Below, one piece after another: positions 41,601 through 49,449 of a stretch of 64,000 bases of DNA. The notes under the pieces are model-generated. The model was not told the DNA's origin and made no database searches. It saw only the letters and a list, made by a program, of their open reading frames with translations. A program made the position numbers and the translations under genes. This DNA comes from a virus (Duplodnaviria; Caudoviricetes), in the IMG/VR virus record IMGVR_UViG_3300042350_003801; one strand, given 5' to 3'. Within the stretch, counting starts at the first letter, position 1. Every line of letters starts with the position of its first letter.

Positions 41601-43298
41601 TCCTGAAAATGTTCCAGACACTACAATCCCGCGAGAAGATACGTCTAATGGTTGTTGAAAATAAAATGGTAAAGACGGAGACGCGACAAAAATGTTTTCA
41701 TTTGTGTCTTCGTAAACGTTTTGGACGTTAGCGGAGTAAATTTCTACATTTTTAAAATTATTTGATGAAACTTGAGATATGTTCTTCTCAACATAATCAA
41801 TTGTTGAAAGAGTTAATGGGCCTTGTCCTTGAACTGTAAAATTTGTAACATTTACTTTTGAGTAAACATCTGTGGTTATTATTGCTCCATTGGTTAGAAT
41901 GATACTCAAAGAGTCGCCAACGGTGAAAATGTTATCATCAAAGGTTTCAATTTGATATTTTGAAGTTACCGCATCGATAAGGGTAATACTTCTAACTAAA
42001 TATGAAATTGGAATATTGAAAACCCAATTTTTTGAGCGAACTGAAGTGCTGAACTTTCCTAACGTTTTTGGTTTAATTAAATCGCCCACTGTTAGATTAT
42101 AAGCATTATCAATTTCCACAAAATCCGCAATAACACCAGTTACTCTAACTGCAACGATATTATCTTTATTAGAACCACTATAGCCATATGCAAAGGCATT
42201 AACTCTAACCGATTCCCCGGCTTTTAAATCAACCAGAATTTCGCTACAATCTAAAAATTGAGTTAAGGATTTTGATGTATATTGAATTAAAGAAGAATCA
42301 TCTAAAACTAGAAAGCCACTAGAGGGAAATCCCACAGTAGAGTCTACACTAATGGCACTGGAGCCTGCAATAACTTTTTTAGTTATTCTTGTCTTAGGGT
42401 GAATGGAAAATTCACCAAAAACGGAACCGGCAACGTCAATATCTTTATTGAAATCGTAATCTAGACTTATGATATAATAATCACTATTGTTACGAGATAT
42501 TTTCTCAACCTTACTGATTGAACCGCTTGCTTTCGGATATTGGTCGGTTTTATCTTGGAATAATGTTCTATTTTCTAGCAATAGGGGGTCGCCAAAAAGA
42601 GCCTCCACAACAAGGTCCTTTGATACCCTATATTCTGCTGCAGAAGGCGTAAATAGATAATCTCTTGGTTTAATTACCTCTACTTTTTCACCATAAAGAG
42701 CCCCGAAAAGAATTTCAAAAGATTTGTCTGTTCCTTTTACTGAGTAGAAGTCCTTTGATTTCTCAATGAATAATGTTTGGTTTACATCTGAATCAAATTC
42801 TCTTCCTTCAAACCCTGGAATATATTGCTTTTTAAGTTTATCTAGAAATTTATTAAGAAAAAGTATGCTAAGATTTTCTACAACTGCACCACTTAAATGG
42901 TCATCAGATTCACTTGTAGAAAATTCTAATTGTGAATTGGAAATTCCGCTAAATCCCCTGACACAATCAACAAAAGAAGTTTCAGTTTTTGTTGTGTATG
43001 TAATAATTTCAGAATCAATCTTTAATAGACCATAAGAATCGGGGAACCCATCTGTAGATTCAACAAAAATGTCGGTGTCCGAGAACGAAATGTCTGCGGA
43101 AAGGGTTGTATTTTCTACAAGACGGGTTAGATTCTCAAGTTTGGAGTGACTAGAAAGATTAGAAATCAGATCAAAAGAAGCTCCTGGATATTCCCCCGAA
43201 ATATAATACTGCTTGATAAACTCCACCAAAAGTGGAGACTCTTGCCGCATAAATTCGGGAAATTGGTTCTCAATGATAGAACTTATTTTGACTGACAT
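32634..43298 (-). CDS. gp7: baseplate wedge initiator-like giant structural protein
   Basis: 3554 aa between gp6 and gp8. IENQFPEF...LVEFIKQYY, YSVKGTDKSFEILF, HSPIIGWAYDGNPIYGPYG, IQDNNYYNSFAYSLKS. Confidence 0.8.
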   Translation of the reverse strand: MSVKISSIIENQFPEFMRQESPLLVEFIKQYYISGEYPGASFDLISNLSSHSKLENLTRLVENTTLSADISFSDTDIFVESTDGFPDSYGLLKIDSEIITYTTKTETSFVDCVRGFSGISNSQLEFSTSESDDHLSGAVVENLSILFLNKFLDKLKKQYIPGFEGREFDSDVNQTLFIEKSKDFYSVKGTDKSFEILFGALYGEKVEVIKPRDYLFTPSAAEYRVSKDLVVEALFGDPLLLENRTLFQDKTDQYPKASGSISKVEKISRNNSDYYIISLDYDFNKDIDVAGSVFGEFSIHPKTRITKKVIAGSSAISVDSTVGFPSSGFLVLDDSSLIQYTSKSLTQFLDCSEILVDLKAGESVRVNAFAYGYSGSNKDNIVAVRVTGVIADFVEIDNAYNLTVGDLIKPKTLGKFSTSVRSKNWVFNIPISYLVRSITLIDAVTSKYQIETFDDNIFTVGDSLSIILTNGAIITTDVYSKVNVTNFTVQGQGPLTLSTIDYVEKNISQVSSNNFKNVEIYSANVQNVYEDTNENIFVASPSLPFYFQQPLDVSSRGIVVSGTFSGEILNYTNHGFLSGDVVLYDYPSTSNLGISKGTYYIKKVDNNSFSLATSRSNLRAGIYLSVSGTVTNNTLEHNDFAGKILTNQKLIRKISQPLDRKIIEPTPIGNTGILLNGVEILNYKSQNSVFYGPIESVDVVSPGDNYDIINPPLIQITDEQGYGARVTPEIVGELKEIRLLNSNLIVKGEPSITITGGNGVGAKAKPEVGLFEHSASFNTGNISSNIIGFATYHSFSNYEKVLFVPDGYSYVTGITTDSEYYISAVSLNEVKLYKTYEDSVSNLNAISLSVTGFGIHKLVSYEAKSKISSFTITEPGEGYTNRRISVDSSAINIASDAINFNGHSFKTGELVVYESYTQTPIVGIQTNISYYVTEIDENNFKLSQVATVGVSTSKDFYLKTHQYIDFTSSGSGQHIFNYEPIKVTLTSESILEINIQPIFRGKINNVFVEDGGQNYGQEDIINYNRQPNIIINSGKDAIIQAIISNGKIAEVLIINPGSGYNSPPDITISGTGNGAVLTPIITNGELESVNIINPGYGYEQKNITLTVVAAGSSAELRTNTKSWNINWIERLIQTNQITVDDGIITRGTRSDLGLEYVHGYAPRKLRQMLQSSKYVSNNLTYRPDLILDSFNRETTSDSHSPIIGWAYDGNPIYGPYGYEYKTSGAVKILQSSYGLELKGGRPSASLYPAGIFVEDYEFNNSGDLDEHNGRYCITPDFPNGTYAYFATISDQGVESTGQFKNYFKPVFPYLIGESYKSKPISFNFDYYSKQDALDLNKTGWLRNTSPFKLKSESSFYKYLLSPFSTYNQTSTVTSTLTGSVEDVLIPAGGNGYKVRDKLIFDSKTSGGINASAEVSSIKGKEVNGISVGSTTVFNVEFIPNSTYGVIGFSSLPHSIENGDIISVKNLNYNKFNLQKSFRASVSSQKYTLNTDINVSGITGIVTYINLYGNLDFPYIRENDILQIDSEKVKVLNIDKQSSRLFVERAYGGTAGTYHTVGATIREVPRKFSVNAEIQDFNNSYRNRELYFNPSESIGIGPGSTITFSSPGVGPTSVFVPTKSIYIPEHNLKTGEKLTYKINGGTEITISTNGITTSLLSDNTTVYAVKYSNDFVGLSTEKVGVGSTGNFVGYNTTSAAKILYFNVNGTGKKHSIVTSYNSSIGQVDKNLVSIFSATNSELSVGDLVTVSATPNSTKTIKIVYNQPTQRLLANPRDFVGADVNVLNETIQIPSHNYFTGQKVLHTSLISTTGLSNNTIYYVVVLNSNTISLSASYYDATLSVPNIISLSNASYGTISEVNPSIIVVKNNSTVFDLSDQSLAETEGFQSVPAFDFDFYSDKQFINKFETTFNGTNFNVIKSGLIGVDLNALVTLNYDETLPNQLYYKLTPIKNKQVIIDTENNTKYNTLNYVDSGYSGTHSISGVGSTAFTYVISAIPEVGGYTNNVTYTTTSKTATGPINTIRVTSGGSNYKFLPGISSVITDQGKNAIFEVISRSIGAIKRVNNNNIGFDYPADLTLTPSTQPPVVLRVVPQTSLKTISIISPGKNYIFAPTLVLLDGLTLKRVPDVDLRYQLGDSEVQIIKNSKGINNVQPIIIPTNNSNAIGINSISFNDTTKDVTLVLTSSYSNIEDFPFAVGDKVLVESVSIVTDASAKGYNSSSYDYSRFTVTNINPNIGGSNGSITYNLANKLSFTEYPGVYNTTVSSGSVVPEKFFPQFTTELSKNLFLIGEVVLADGLEGIVQFWNSDNELLTLSTTDQFTSGLMIVGSDSRSRGRISAIYDFESRYNIKSSSIVKKGWITEKGFLDNEFQRIQDNNYYNSFAYSLKSKVDYQTWDNAVSGLNHIAGFKKFSDLVVESEDLIGIGSSETESLTSIIIFNDSEVDLNCNEDYDLVTENNYLIDSNLGSNQVYFGNKILQDYAETVGNRVLTIDNISPSFDGITRQFDLKYNTNPIFNRNFVGSSSTVVNITSNFLQLENHFFTNGEKLTYSYDVLPIGIKTTSISGIGSTDKLPSTVYVIKYSESTIGLSTSAESALKDIPVPLVLTNVGAGLTHTLTATSQNTRALISLGGIIQSPVVSTASSTKTSSYVGIGSTVISFSSIANFSSGDFAKIDSEIIKVVTVGIATTNDVSVQRGWAGTGIATHSVNSIVYKVQGDYNIIDSTIHFVDPPKGPSPIGTTTGSGEDVDFVGITSTLNFNGRVFMRSGAKNSNVDAYSTNFLFDDISSNFNGITSSFTIKSNFQNVAGFSQNNGAILINEVFQSPSDFTGSYRTYGSYALEETLGITSIRFLGAPATQTYDVNGSGLPVGGVIVAVGYSQGFGLQPLVAAGGTAVVSTAGTIGSISIGNNGSGYRSGLQSVNVGLYVSTTGISTVQYIGIASILNGQVVSVAITNPGTGYTSTNPPIVKFDDPLPYVDLPLQYMSPSSGVGTGGKVKVSVGLGSSVINLEVTNRGFGYKKGDVLTVSLGGTVGIPTITSPSYSTFKLSVDEIYNNKFAGWTFGELQIIDSIENLFNGIRKSFPVKIDNELKSIRARYGSPIDIESTLLIFVNGILQIPGEGYKFTGSSFITFTEAPKEGYSCVVLFYRGTGSVDVIDVDVLDTIKPGDIIKLNDDFGYSENERVVSSVNSSDSVNTISYNGPGVSSDETYTRPVKWCRQTEDIFIDQKEVPKNREIYEPIIEPSTNIIKTIGITSTVIFVENLRTFFDDQRENSVADYRNKFKIITQDEIRPAISTANVSIAGTIQSVTILDGGKGYTSSPEVSFSTPIGLTTTSRAYATATITSGSISAITVTAPGAGYTASLPPQVMVSNPSSAFENITASTIEGDFGIITGIATTSVGVASTGLVFNLYIPQESALRNSSIVGSAITISGIQTGYYFVLNNSFIGNGITSLDESSSIISIGSSFIDNVYRVADVSIAQTFVTGIGITSVSKVTVSITNNGITGIGFTGIYGTYSWGKITVPQRASSNEFTVYNNGTTGISTSPIVKRVNPLKYKNYT

Positions 43299-43300
43299 AT

Positions 43301-45211
43301 TTAACGTGTTATATTTTTATTAGAATAACTTGATGATGTAATGTATGTAGTGCCCGAAATATCACCTCCAGAAGAAATATCATCTGGAACCATATTAATG
43401 ACGGATTTGCCAATATCCATTTGTAAATACAAATCTTGTAAACCAATAACATCATTAGATGATGGAGATGTTGAGATTTCAACGAAATTTTGACTATCTT
43501 TAACTATAGTCGTTGATAGAATATTGATTGAACTTATTTTTATTTCACCTTTTGAATAATCAATGGTTCCAACATTACTGCGAACTATGATTGGCGCTGC
43601 GGTAAGGGTAAATAGAACTAATGTTCCGGTATAATTATCGGTTGGAATATCTGTTAGATAAACTGTATCAGCTATGCCACTTACTTTAAATCCGGAAGAC
43701 TTAATATTATACCCTTTTGAATCTTTAATGTGAAATGCATTGCCAAAGCAAATCTCATAATTTGCAAAGGTGTTTATAAGAGCTTTCAAATCACGACGAA
43801 TCTGAATATTTGTTATGTTTGATGTTATAGCTGCCTGGCTATCATCAATGAGCTTCTGAAATTTACTATACTTAAACCTGGCCCCATAGCGATTCAATTC
43901 GTGAGAATCCGCATAAGCCTGAATATTATCTGAAACAGTGCTCTTAACTTGCTCAACTGAAGATGTAAGATTTGGATTATAGTAAACGTTTGTAACATAT
44001 TCAATGAACAGATATTTTAGGTCAATAATTTCAGGCACGATTCCAGATACTGCATAACGCCGCAGTTTCTTTTTTAGATTATCTTTGATGCTATTTGGGA
44101 CAAAGTTACCGTAGAATGGTTTAATAGTAATGAATACTTTTCCATATTGTGGCGGAGTTAATGTCTCTCCCCCATATGCTGAAACACTCTCTGCTTCTGG
44201 ATATATTCTAGGAATAACGGCCTCATAATCTTCAGGGGTTACACATCTACCTTGAGCAGAATAATTCTTTGGTGCCAGTGCTTTGATTGAACTGATACTT
44301 TCTATTTCCTTACCACCACCGGAAGAGATGTTGGTAGTTAGTAGAGAAATTCCAGAAGTGATTGCATTATTGTTATTATCTACAATTCTACCAATAAATG
44401 AAAAGGATGTAACACCGTTTGCCTCTTTTTGGTTTGTTACAACATAGGATGCCTCAATAAAATTTTGATCTTGTAGTGCTACACCGAAGATTCCATCACC
44501 AAAAATTAATTCATACCTTTGGTCTTCAACTTCTTGGACAAAGAAAATCTTAGAGGTAGATGTAACGTTGAATAAATTATCAGCAAAGGTGAACTTATTA
44601 CTCTTAGACGAAATTCTATTATCTCTTACTGTAACTGTTATAGTTGATGTATCAATATTCGGGTTATCTAAAATGTATTTCTGCGGTGGTGCTGGATTTA
44701 TTCCTGCAACTGTAAAGTTGTCAACAACAAATGTGCCTTCAACAATCTCTATGCTCTCAAAATATGCAATATTGTTGACAACTGGAACTGTAATATCACT
44801 AGAGATTGAAAATGTATAAGATTCGTTGCCAAATGCTGAAGACGAGCAAACGAGTCCCTTCTTTAGTGTTAGTGAAACGGGGCGATAAGAATAGGAAGAG
44901 GTATCAACAAAAAATGAAATATTTGCCCGTGCTGCGGTTGCACTTCTTGGAAGATACCCAATTTCTCTTGCTGCCGATACAACGTTTTCCCTTAGTGTTG
45001 CACTATCAAGAAAGACCTCGTTAGAAAGCATATTGCCAATGAAGGCATTAGTATAGGTATTATAGGCAAGAACATCAAGAATAACTGAAAGGTTTGAACC
45101 ATCAAAGTCATAATCGGTAAAATTAGAATTTGCCCGTAGATAATCCTGCAGTGAGGCTCTTATCTGGTCGTAATCTAGAGTGGTGAAATTAACAATTGGT
45201 GATGTTGCCAT
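43301..45211 (-). CDS. gp6: baseplate wedge subunit
   Basis: LDYDQIRASL...NFTDYDFDGSNLSVILDVLAYNTY, QGRCVTPEDY, PPQYGKVFI. Confidence 0.93.
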   Translation of the reverse strand: MATSPIVNFTTLDYDQIRASLQDYLRANSNFTDYDFDGSNLSVILDVLAYNTYTNAFIGNMLSNEVFLDSATLRENVVSAAREIGYLPRSATAARANISFFVDTSSYSYRPVSLTLKKGLVCSSSAFGNESYTFSISSDITVPVVNNIAYFESIEIVEGTFVVDNFTVAGINPAPPQKYILDNPNIDTSTITVTVRDNRISSKSNKFTFADNLFNVTSTSKIFFVQEVEDQRYELIFGDGIFGVALQDQNFIEASYVVTNQKEANGVTSFSFIGRIVDNNNNAITSGISLLTTNISSGGGKEIESISSIKALAPKNYSAQGRCVTPEDYEAVIPRIYPEAESVSAYGGETLTPPQYGKVFITIKPFYGNFVPNSIKDNLKKKLRRYAVSGIVPEIIDLKYLFIEYVTNVYYNPNLTSSVEQVKSTVSDNIQAYADSHELNRYGARFKYSKFQKLIDDSQAAITSNITNIQIRRDLKALINTFANYEICFGNAFHIKDSKGYNIKSSGFKVSGIADTVYLTDIPTDNYTGTLVLFTLTAAPIIVRSNVGTIDYSKGEIKISSINILSTTIVKDSQNFVEISTSPSSNDVIGLQDLYLQMDIGKSVINMVPDDISSGGDISGTTYITSSSYSNKNITR

Positions 45212-45612
45212 TAACGTGAGGGCTGAAGGGCAAAAGATAACTGTTGTGGTAGGGCCTCAATGCCAATTATATTATAACGAATGACCACATCATATGTGTT
45301 TTCATCATAATTTGGATTAACTTCAACCGCGATTAGAGATATTCTTGGTTCGTAGTTATTAAGAGTATTTTCAATCTCGCTCTGTATTGACGATGCCGTT
45401 GAGTCTGTAATATTTTCAAAAAGACTTCTTGAGACACTGCAACCAAGATTGCTCTGGAAAAACCGTTCACCCTGCAGAGTCAGGACCAAATTGCGAACTG
45501 AGCGAGAAATAGCAGTTTCATTTTTGATCGCAATAATATCATAGGATAAGGGGTTGACCTTAAACGATGAAGAAATATCCTTAAATGATTGACTGATCCG
45601 CTCTACCGGCAT
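45211..45612 (-). CDS. gp25: baseplate wedge subunit (lysozyme-like fold)
   Basis: FKDISSSF, KNETAISRSVRNLV, GERFF, YEPRI. Confidence 0.92.
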   Translation of the reverse strand: MPVERISQSFKDISSSFKVNPLSYDIIAIKNETAISRSVRNLVLTLQGERFFQSNLGCSVSRSLFENITDSTASSIQSEIENTLNNYEPRISLIAVEVNPNYDENTYDVVIRYNIIGIEALPQQLSFALQPSR

Positions 45613-45613
45613 T

Positions 45614-45621
45614 TATTTATA
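45614..45621 (-). promoter_or_regulatory. late promoter TATAAATA for the baseplate operon
   Basis: Exact T4 late consensus immediately upstream of gp25. Confidence 0.65.
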
Positions 45622-45640
45622 GAAATCTATATTCTATTTA

Positions 45641-45763
45641 TCAGCCCAAAATGACCTTATCTTTCTCTTTTTTTTCTTTACGTTCAAAGATTTCAGTCTC
45701 TTCTTCTAGTGAAGATTCAATGAATTCTTCACTTTCTACTTCTCTGATTAGTTTTTGTTCCAT
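45641..45763 (-). CDS. 40-aa acidic/basic hypothetical peptide
   Basis: Manual translation MEQKLIREVESEEFIESSLEEETEIFERKEKKEKDKVILG*; AATAAATA late motif at 45786-45793. Confidence 0.5.
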   Translation of the reverse strand: MEQKLIREVESEEFIESSLEEETEIFERKEKKEKDKVILG

Positions 45764-45831
45764 TGTGATTTAGAATGAGTGCCACTATTTATTGAAATTA
45801 TAAATAGTTTCACCATAGTTAGAAAACAGTA

Positions 45832-46161
45832 ATGGACCGGCAGGAAATGATGGGGCTTTATGAGTCTTATGTGGGCCTTTATGAGAAGAGTGAGTCTTGC
45901 GATGAATACGAAGATGTAGAAAAAGAAGAAAAAGAAGAAAAAGGTGAAAAGGAGGAAAAAAAATCCGAACCTAATGGTAAAAAGGATAAAACCAAAGACA
46001 AAAAGGAAATGAAGGAGTCTAGTGATCTTTACGACCTAGTTCTCGAGTATCTTCTTGATGAAGGTCTTTGTGAGTCAGTTGAAAATGCTGAGATTATGAT
46101 GGCTCATATGAGCGAGGGTTGGGTTAATGCAATTGCTGAGGCCGATAATTCTTCTAAATAA
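45832..46161 (+). CDS. putative internal head protein
   Basis: TATAAATA late promoter at 45799-45806; cyanophage motif LYDLVLEYLLDEG...AEIMMAHMSEGWV; followed by a terminator. Confidence 0.7.
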   Translation: MDRQEMMGLYESYVGLYEKSESCDEYEDVEKEEKEEKGEKEEKKSEPNGKKDKTKDKKEMKESSDLYDLVLEYLLDEGLCESVENAEIMMAHMSEGWVNAIAEADNSSK

Positions 46162-46168
46162 AATAAAC

Positions 46169-46198
46169 AAAAAACCCTCCTAACCAGGAGGGTTTTTT
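46169..46198. terminator. bidirectional intrinsic terminator
   Basis: aaaaaaccctcct-aacc-aggagggtttttt perfect hairpin between convergent genes. Confidence 0.85.
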
Positions 46199-46210
46199 AA
46201 TGTTAAAATG

Positions 46211-46687
46211 CTATTCTCCAACTATTTCCTTATAATACTCATCAGACCAATAAGAATAATAATCAGTCTTCTTTAGGGCCTCTCTAAATTTCATCAACTT
46301 TTCCTTTGGTTGAGCCAAAATCAAGCTATAAAGGCCGTTATTCGTCTGAACGCCACCAATAAACGTGTCATAATTGGCACAATCTTCAAAAAAGAGCCAA
46401 TTTTCAAACTTTTTATTGTAAAAATCAACCCATTCATTGATTTTTACCAAATCTGTCTCATCAATAATGTAGATAATCACATCATAGCCGTCTTCTACGT
46501 CAATTTTATCGGCAGAACACTCAATAATTCGGTATTTTCCACTTCTTGCATACGGACATACAGAAAAGCCTCCCAGTTCTGGCCGAACTTGGGAGACTCT
46601 CTCTATCCATTTTTCAATTTCCCTGACCGCGATACTTTTTTCGGGCTCCATTTCGGCTTGTCTTCGAATATTTGGTGTTTTTGCCAT
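46211..46687 (-). CDS. conserved cyanophage hypothetical protein (true start possibly the second Met)
   Basis: LGGFSVCPYAR, NNGLYSLILAQ, DYYSYW motifs. Confidence 0.7.
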   Translation of the reverse strand: MAKTPNIRRQAEMEPEKSIAVREIEKWIERVSQVRPELGGFSVCPYARSGKYRIIECSADKIDVEDGYDVIIYIIDETDLVKINEWVDFYNKKFENWLFFEDCANYDTFIGGVQTNNGLYSLILAQPKEKLMKFREALKKTDYYSYWSDEYYKEIVGE

Positions 46688-46751
46688 CGCCTTGTCGTGA
46701 ATTTTTAGGTGTTGATTGAATGTCGCTAACGTTTTTTGATTTTACTGTCAT
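46614..46751 (-). CDS. 45-aa basic conserved cyanophage protein
   Basis: Manual translation MTVKSKNVSDIQSTPKNSRQGDGKNTKYSKTSRNGARKKYRGQGN*; AGGAG RBS upstream. Confidence 0.7.
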   Translation of the reverse strand: MTVKSKNVSDIQSTPKNSRQGDGKNTKYSKTSRNGARKKYRGQGN

Positions 46752-46761
46752 TTTTTACTCC

Positions 46762-46902
46762 TTAGATATACTCGAAATCAATTTTGTCCTCGTCAATTTC
46801 GCCTTTATAGGCTTGTTCTGCAAGTTCAAGAAGAATGGACGCGGCTTCTTCTTCTGTAATCTGTTGATGAATGGTGCGCCCATCATAAAGAATATTGACC
46901 AT
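46762..46902 (-). CDS. 46-aa acidic hypothetical protein
   Basis: Manual translation MVNILYDGRTIHQQITEEEAASILLELAEQAYKGEIDEDKIDFEYI*; packed directly after 46905..47744. Confidence 0.65.
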   Translation of the reverse strand: MVNILYDGRTIHQQITEEEAASILLELAEQAYKGEIDEDKIDFEYI

Positions 46903-46904
46903 AA

Positions 46905-47744
46905 TCAAATAGGGAAGGTTTTTTCGTGACCAATGCGAATACGGGGGTCAACCCAGATTTTAAAACCCTTTTCCTTGGCTTTCAGGCAGAACCCAACGTC
47001 TTCACCACAGAAATCAACGATTGCACCATCTTCAAATGACTGAAGAAGCGGCGGCCACCAGGGGTAATCCATTCCCTCAAACACACCTTTTTGAACCATC
47101 AGCCAACCACCACCAACATAATCACAGTTGAATGGCTTTTTGCGATTTGTCATCGTCTCAACTTTCTCCATATTCATTACACCACCGTTCTTGCGGAACT
47201 CTTCGGCTTCTAGCCAGAATGCACAGGCAGTATGAACACGGTCTTCGGTTGAATACCAGCCCGATGCAATTGCATTAGTCTTGGTTTCATCCACTAGTTG
47301 CTTATAGCCAACAAGTTCACCGGCTTCATTCTTAACTTCCTCGTAAGATACTGCCTCATCTGGTAAGGCAAGATCGCACAGTTGCCAAAATTGTTCAGGA
47401 GTAAAGAACATATCACTATCAATCCACATTTGATAATCATATTCAATCTGTCCTTGCCAGGGCTTCTGTTTGGGGCCAGCAAGAACATTTGCCCCGAGAA
47501 CTTTACAGCGGGCAAAGTTCACCATACTGCTATAATCCTGCATAATATGAAACTGCATATTGTTACTTGCAATTTCAAAACAGAGCTGAACGAAGCTCTT
47601 TAAGAAGTTATAAGAGCAACCCCGACCCGGAAGACAGAGAACAATTGTTTTGCCCTGCATTTTCTGTTTAATTTTTGCATAATCCCAATTTGGTTGAGAT
47701 TCTTGTTGAGGTTCTTTTGCCTTAATCTGAAACCCTTTTGCCAT
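46905..47744 (-). CDS. GT-A fold glycosyltransferase-like protein
   Basis: MWIDSDMFF (DxD), CDYVGGGWLMV, GEDVGFC...GFKIWVDPRIRIGHEK, typical of GT2-like proteins. Confidence 0.7.
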   Translation of the reverse strand: MAKGFQIKAKEPQQESQPNWDYAKIKQKMQGKTIVLCLPGRGCSYNFLKSFVQLCFEIASNNMQFHIMQDYSSMVNFARCKVLGANVLAGPKQKPWQGQIEYDYQMWIDSDMFFTPEQFWQLCDLALPDEAVSYEEVKNEAGELVGYKQLVDETKTNAIASGWYSTEDRVHTACAFWLEAEEFRKNGGVMNMEKVETMTNRKKPFNCDYVGGGWLMVQKGVFEGMDYPWWPPLLQSFEDGAIVDFCGEDVGFCLKAKEKGFKIWVDPRIRIGHEKTFPI

Positions 47745-47825
47745 AATAATCGTTCTAATTGTTTAAACGCGCACTATATAGGCATCTGAAAATCAATAAA
47801 TAATATGAACGGATGCTCGTAAAAG

Positions 47826-48335
47826 ATGGATAGCGATAAGTTAAAAGCTGCAATTGAGCGAGGTGCAGAGAGTCTTAAAAGACCAGCTAAAAATGGACAA
47901 ACTCATAGCAGACAAACGGTTGATGCTCATACCGAAAGAAAGAAGAAAGTAGCAGAACTGGCTAAAGAATATTATGAAGTAGTAGCTGATTATCTCTTTA
48001 CTGAAGGATATGCTGTTTCATTTGAGTCTGCTCTTATCGTTGCAGATGTTATTAGCGACGAGTGGTTTAGTGATATTTTAGAGGCAACGGCTGCAACTAG
48101 GGCAACTGTAAGAGGCCGTGGCAGAGTTCCCGGTGCTTCACAGAGAGTGGTTTCAAGAGAAGACCGAAAAGCCGAAGCCAAAGCAAGAGCAGATGAAAGA
48201 CGAGCCCAGTTAGAGGCAGAGAGAAAATATGCCGAAGAAAGACGAAATAATCCTGCAATTCTTAAAAAAGAAGCACAAAAAAGAACTCTTTCAACAAGAA
48301 TGGAAAGAGCTGCTCAAAGGATGGGACTACATTGA
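47826..48335 (+). CDS. putative internal head protein
   Basis: AATAAATA late motif at 47795-47802; YLFTEGYAVSFESALIVADVISDEWFSDILE motif shared with 45832..46161. Confidence 0.7.
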   Translation: MDSDKLKAAIERGAESLKRPAKNGQTHSRQTVDAHTERKKKVAELAKEYYEVVADYLFTEGYAVSFESALIVADVISDEWFSDILEATAATRATVRGRGRVPGASQRVVSREDRKAEAKARADERRAQLEAERKYAEERRNNPAILKKEAQKRTLSTRMERAAQRMGLH

Positions 48336-48898
48336 AAACGTTCCAGCAGTTTTTAGATGAAGCCTGGGTTCCTCCGATGAAAAAACTTAAATCTGGGCAA
48401 ACTCCATTGGCAAAGGCTAGAACAAAATCAAAAACAAATCCAAAAATAACCCCAGAAAAGATTGAAGCAGTGAGAACCTCTCCAAAAAGAGAAACTGGAG
48501 ATACTTCTGAGCATCCTGATTTTTCAACAAGACACGAACCGGGCGGCTCTATTGTCTTAACACATAAACATCATCCGACAAAACTCACTCTTACCCCATC
48601 AGGGAAAAACCAATATACAGTTGTGACTGATGTAACTGGAAAAGCGGAAAATCGTCCAGCGGCTTTTAGGTCAATGATGCAATTGAAAAAAGAAGGCATC
48701 CCTCGTGCTGTTCCTAAAACTGGGGGTATGCCAACAATTCATTCACAGCCAGTTGGCCCCAAAAGGGGTGCAATTAATCAAAGACTTGGGTTTTCTGGTG
48801 TATCTTCAACTGGCAATCAATATGGTAAGCCAAGGCGGCTATCACCAAAACAAAAACAAAACCGGGCTCATTCATTCTTACCCGGAGATGCTAAATGA
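48332..48898 (+). CDS. capsid-targeted internal protein (CTS leader MKTFQQFLDE; TTG start)
   Basis: Leader resembles the T4 IP capsid-targeting sequence MKTYQEFIAE; basic body; 4-nt overlaps with its neighbours. Confidence 0.65.
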   Translation: MKTFQQFLDEAWVPPMKKLKSGQTPLAKARTKSKTNPKITPEKIEAVRTSPKRETGDTSEHPDFSTRHEPGGSIVLTHKHHPTKLTLTPSGKNQYTVVTDVTGKAENRPAAFRSMMQLKKEGIPRAVPKTGGMPTIHSQPVGPKRGAINQRLGFSGVSSTGNQYGKPRRLSPKQKQNRAHSFLPGDAK

Positions 48899-49449
48899 AA
48901 ACTTTTGAGCAGTTTATAGAAGAAGCCCGAAGAATACGAGTTCTTAATACATCACATTATACTAGTAATGACAGTAAGGCAAATATCTTACAATCTGGAT
49001 TTAAAGATTCGCCTTCAACTGGCGCTTATCATCCCGATAGTAATAAGAGAACGGTTTACACCACGCCATCTTCAAGAGTTGGGAGAGATTATGGGCACGC
49101 ACGAGTTAATCTAAAACTAGTTAATCCCAAGGTAACAACTACAAATTCTCCAAAACAATATAAGGACAAGGTTAAAGAATTGGTGATGAAACACGATGGT
49201 TATGACTTACAGAAAAAAGCCAAAGAAATAAGCCCGTTTCACCAATCAAGACGAGCCATCGAATCTGGAGCAAAAGTTGTAAGAGCACCAGATGCCCACG
49301 GAGTTGGTCGTTCTGTGGATAGGGCAAGAGGCTCTTATGTTATGGTGGATAAAGATGTTGCAAACAAGAGCATTTCAAGAGCACCTTCTGCAACAATGCG
49401 AAGTGTATCAAAACCAAAAAGAACTAAAACACAACCGAAGAAAAAATGA
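48895..49449 (+). CDS. capsid-targeted internal protein with ADP-ribosyltransferase-like motif
   Basis: Leader MKTFEQFIEE; HYTS...ILQSGF...GAY...VYTT...DYG resembles the H-G-T / G-x-Y core of HYE-class ARTs. Confidence 0.55.
   Translation: MKTFEQFIEEARRIRVLNTSHYTSNDSKANILQSGFKDSPSTGAYHPDSNKRTVYTTPSSRVGRDYGHARVNLKLVNPKVTTTNSPKQYKDKVKELVMKHDGYDLQKKAKEISPFHQSRRAIESGAKVVRAPDAHGVGRSVDRARGSYVMVDKDVANKSISRAPSATMRSVSKPKRTKTQPKKK

Noticed and set aside
4744-44819. Numerous short antisense or alternative-frame ORFs inside structural genes (e.g. 8627..9085, 9125..9685, 28693..29028)
   Set aside because: Shadow ORFs of long, well-supported genes, more frequent in the GC-rich fibre segment; no independent signals.
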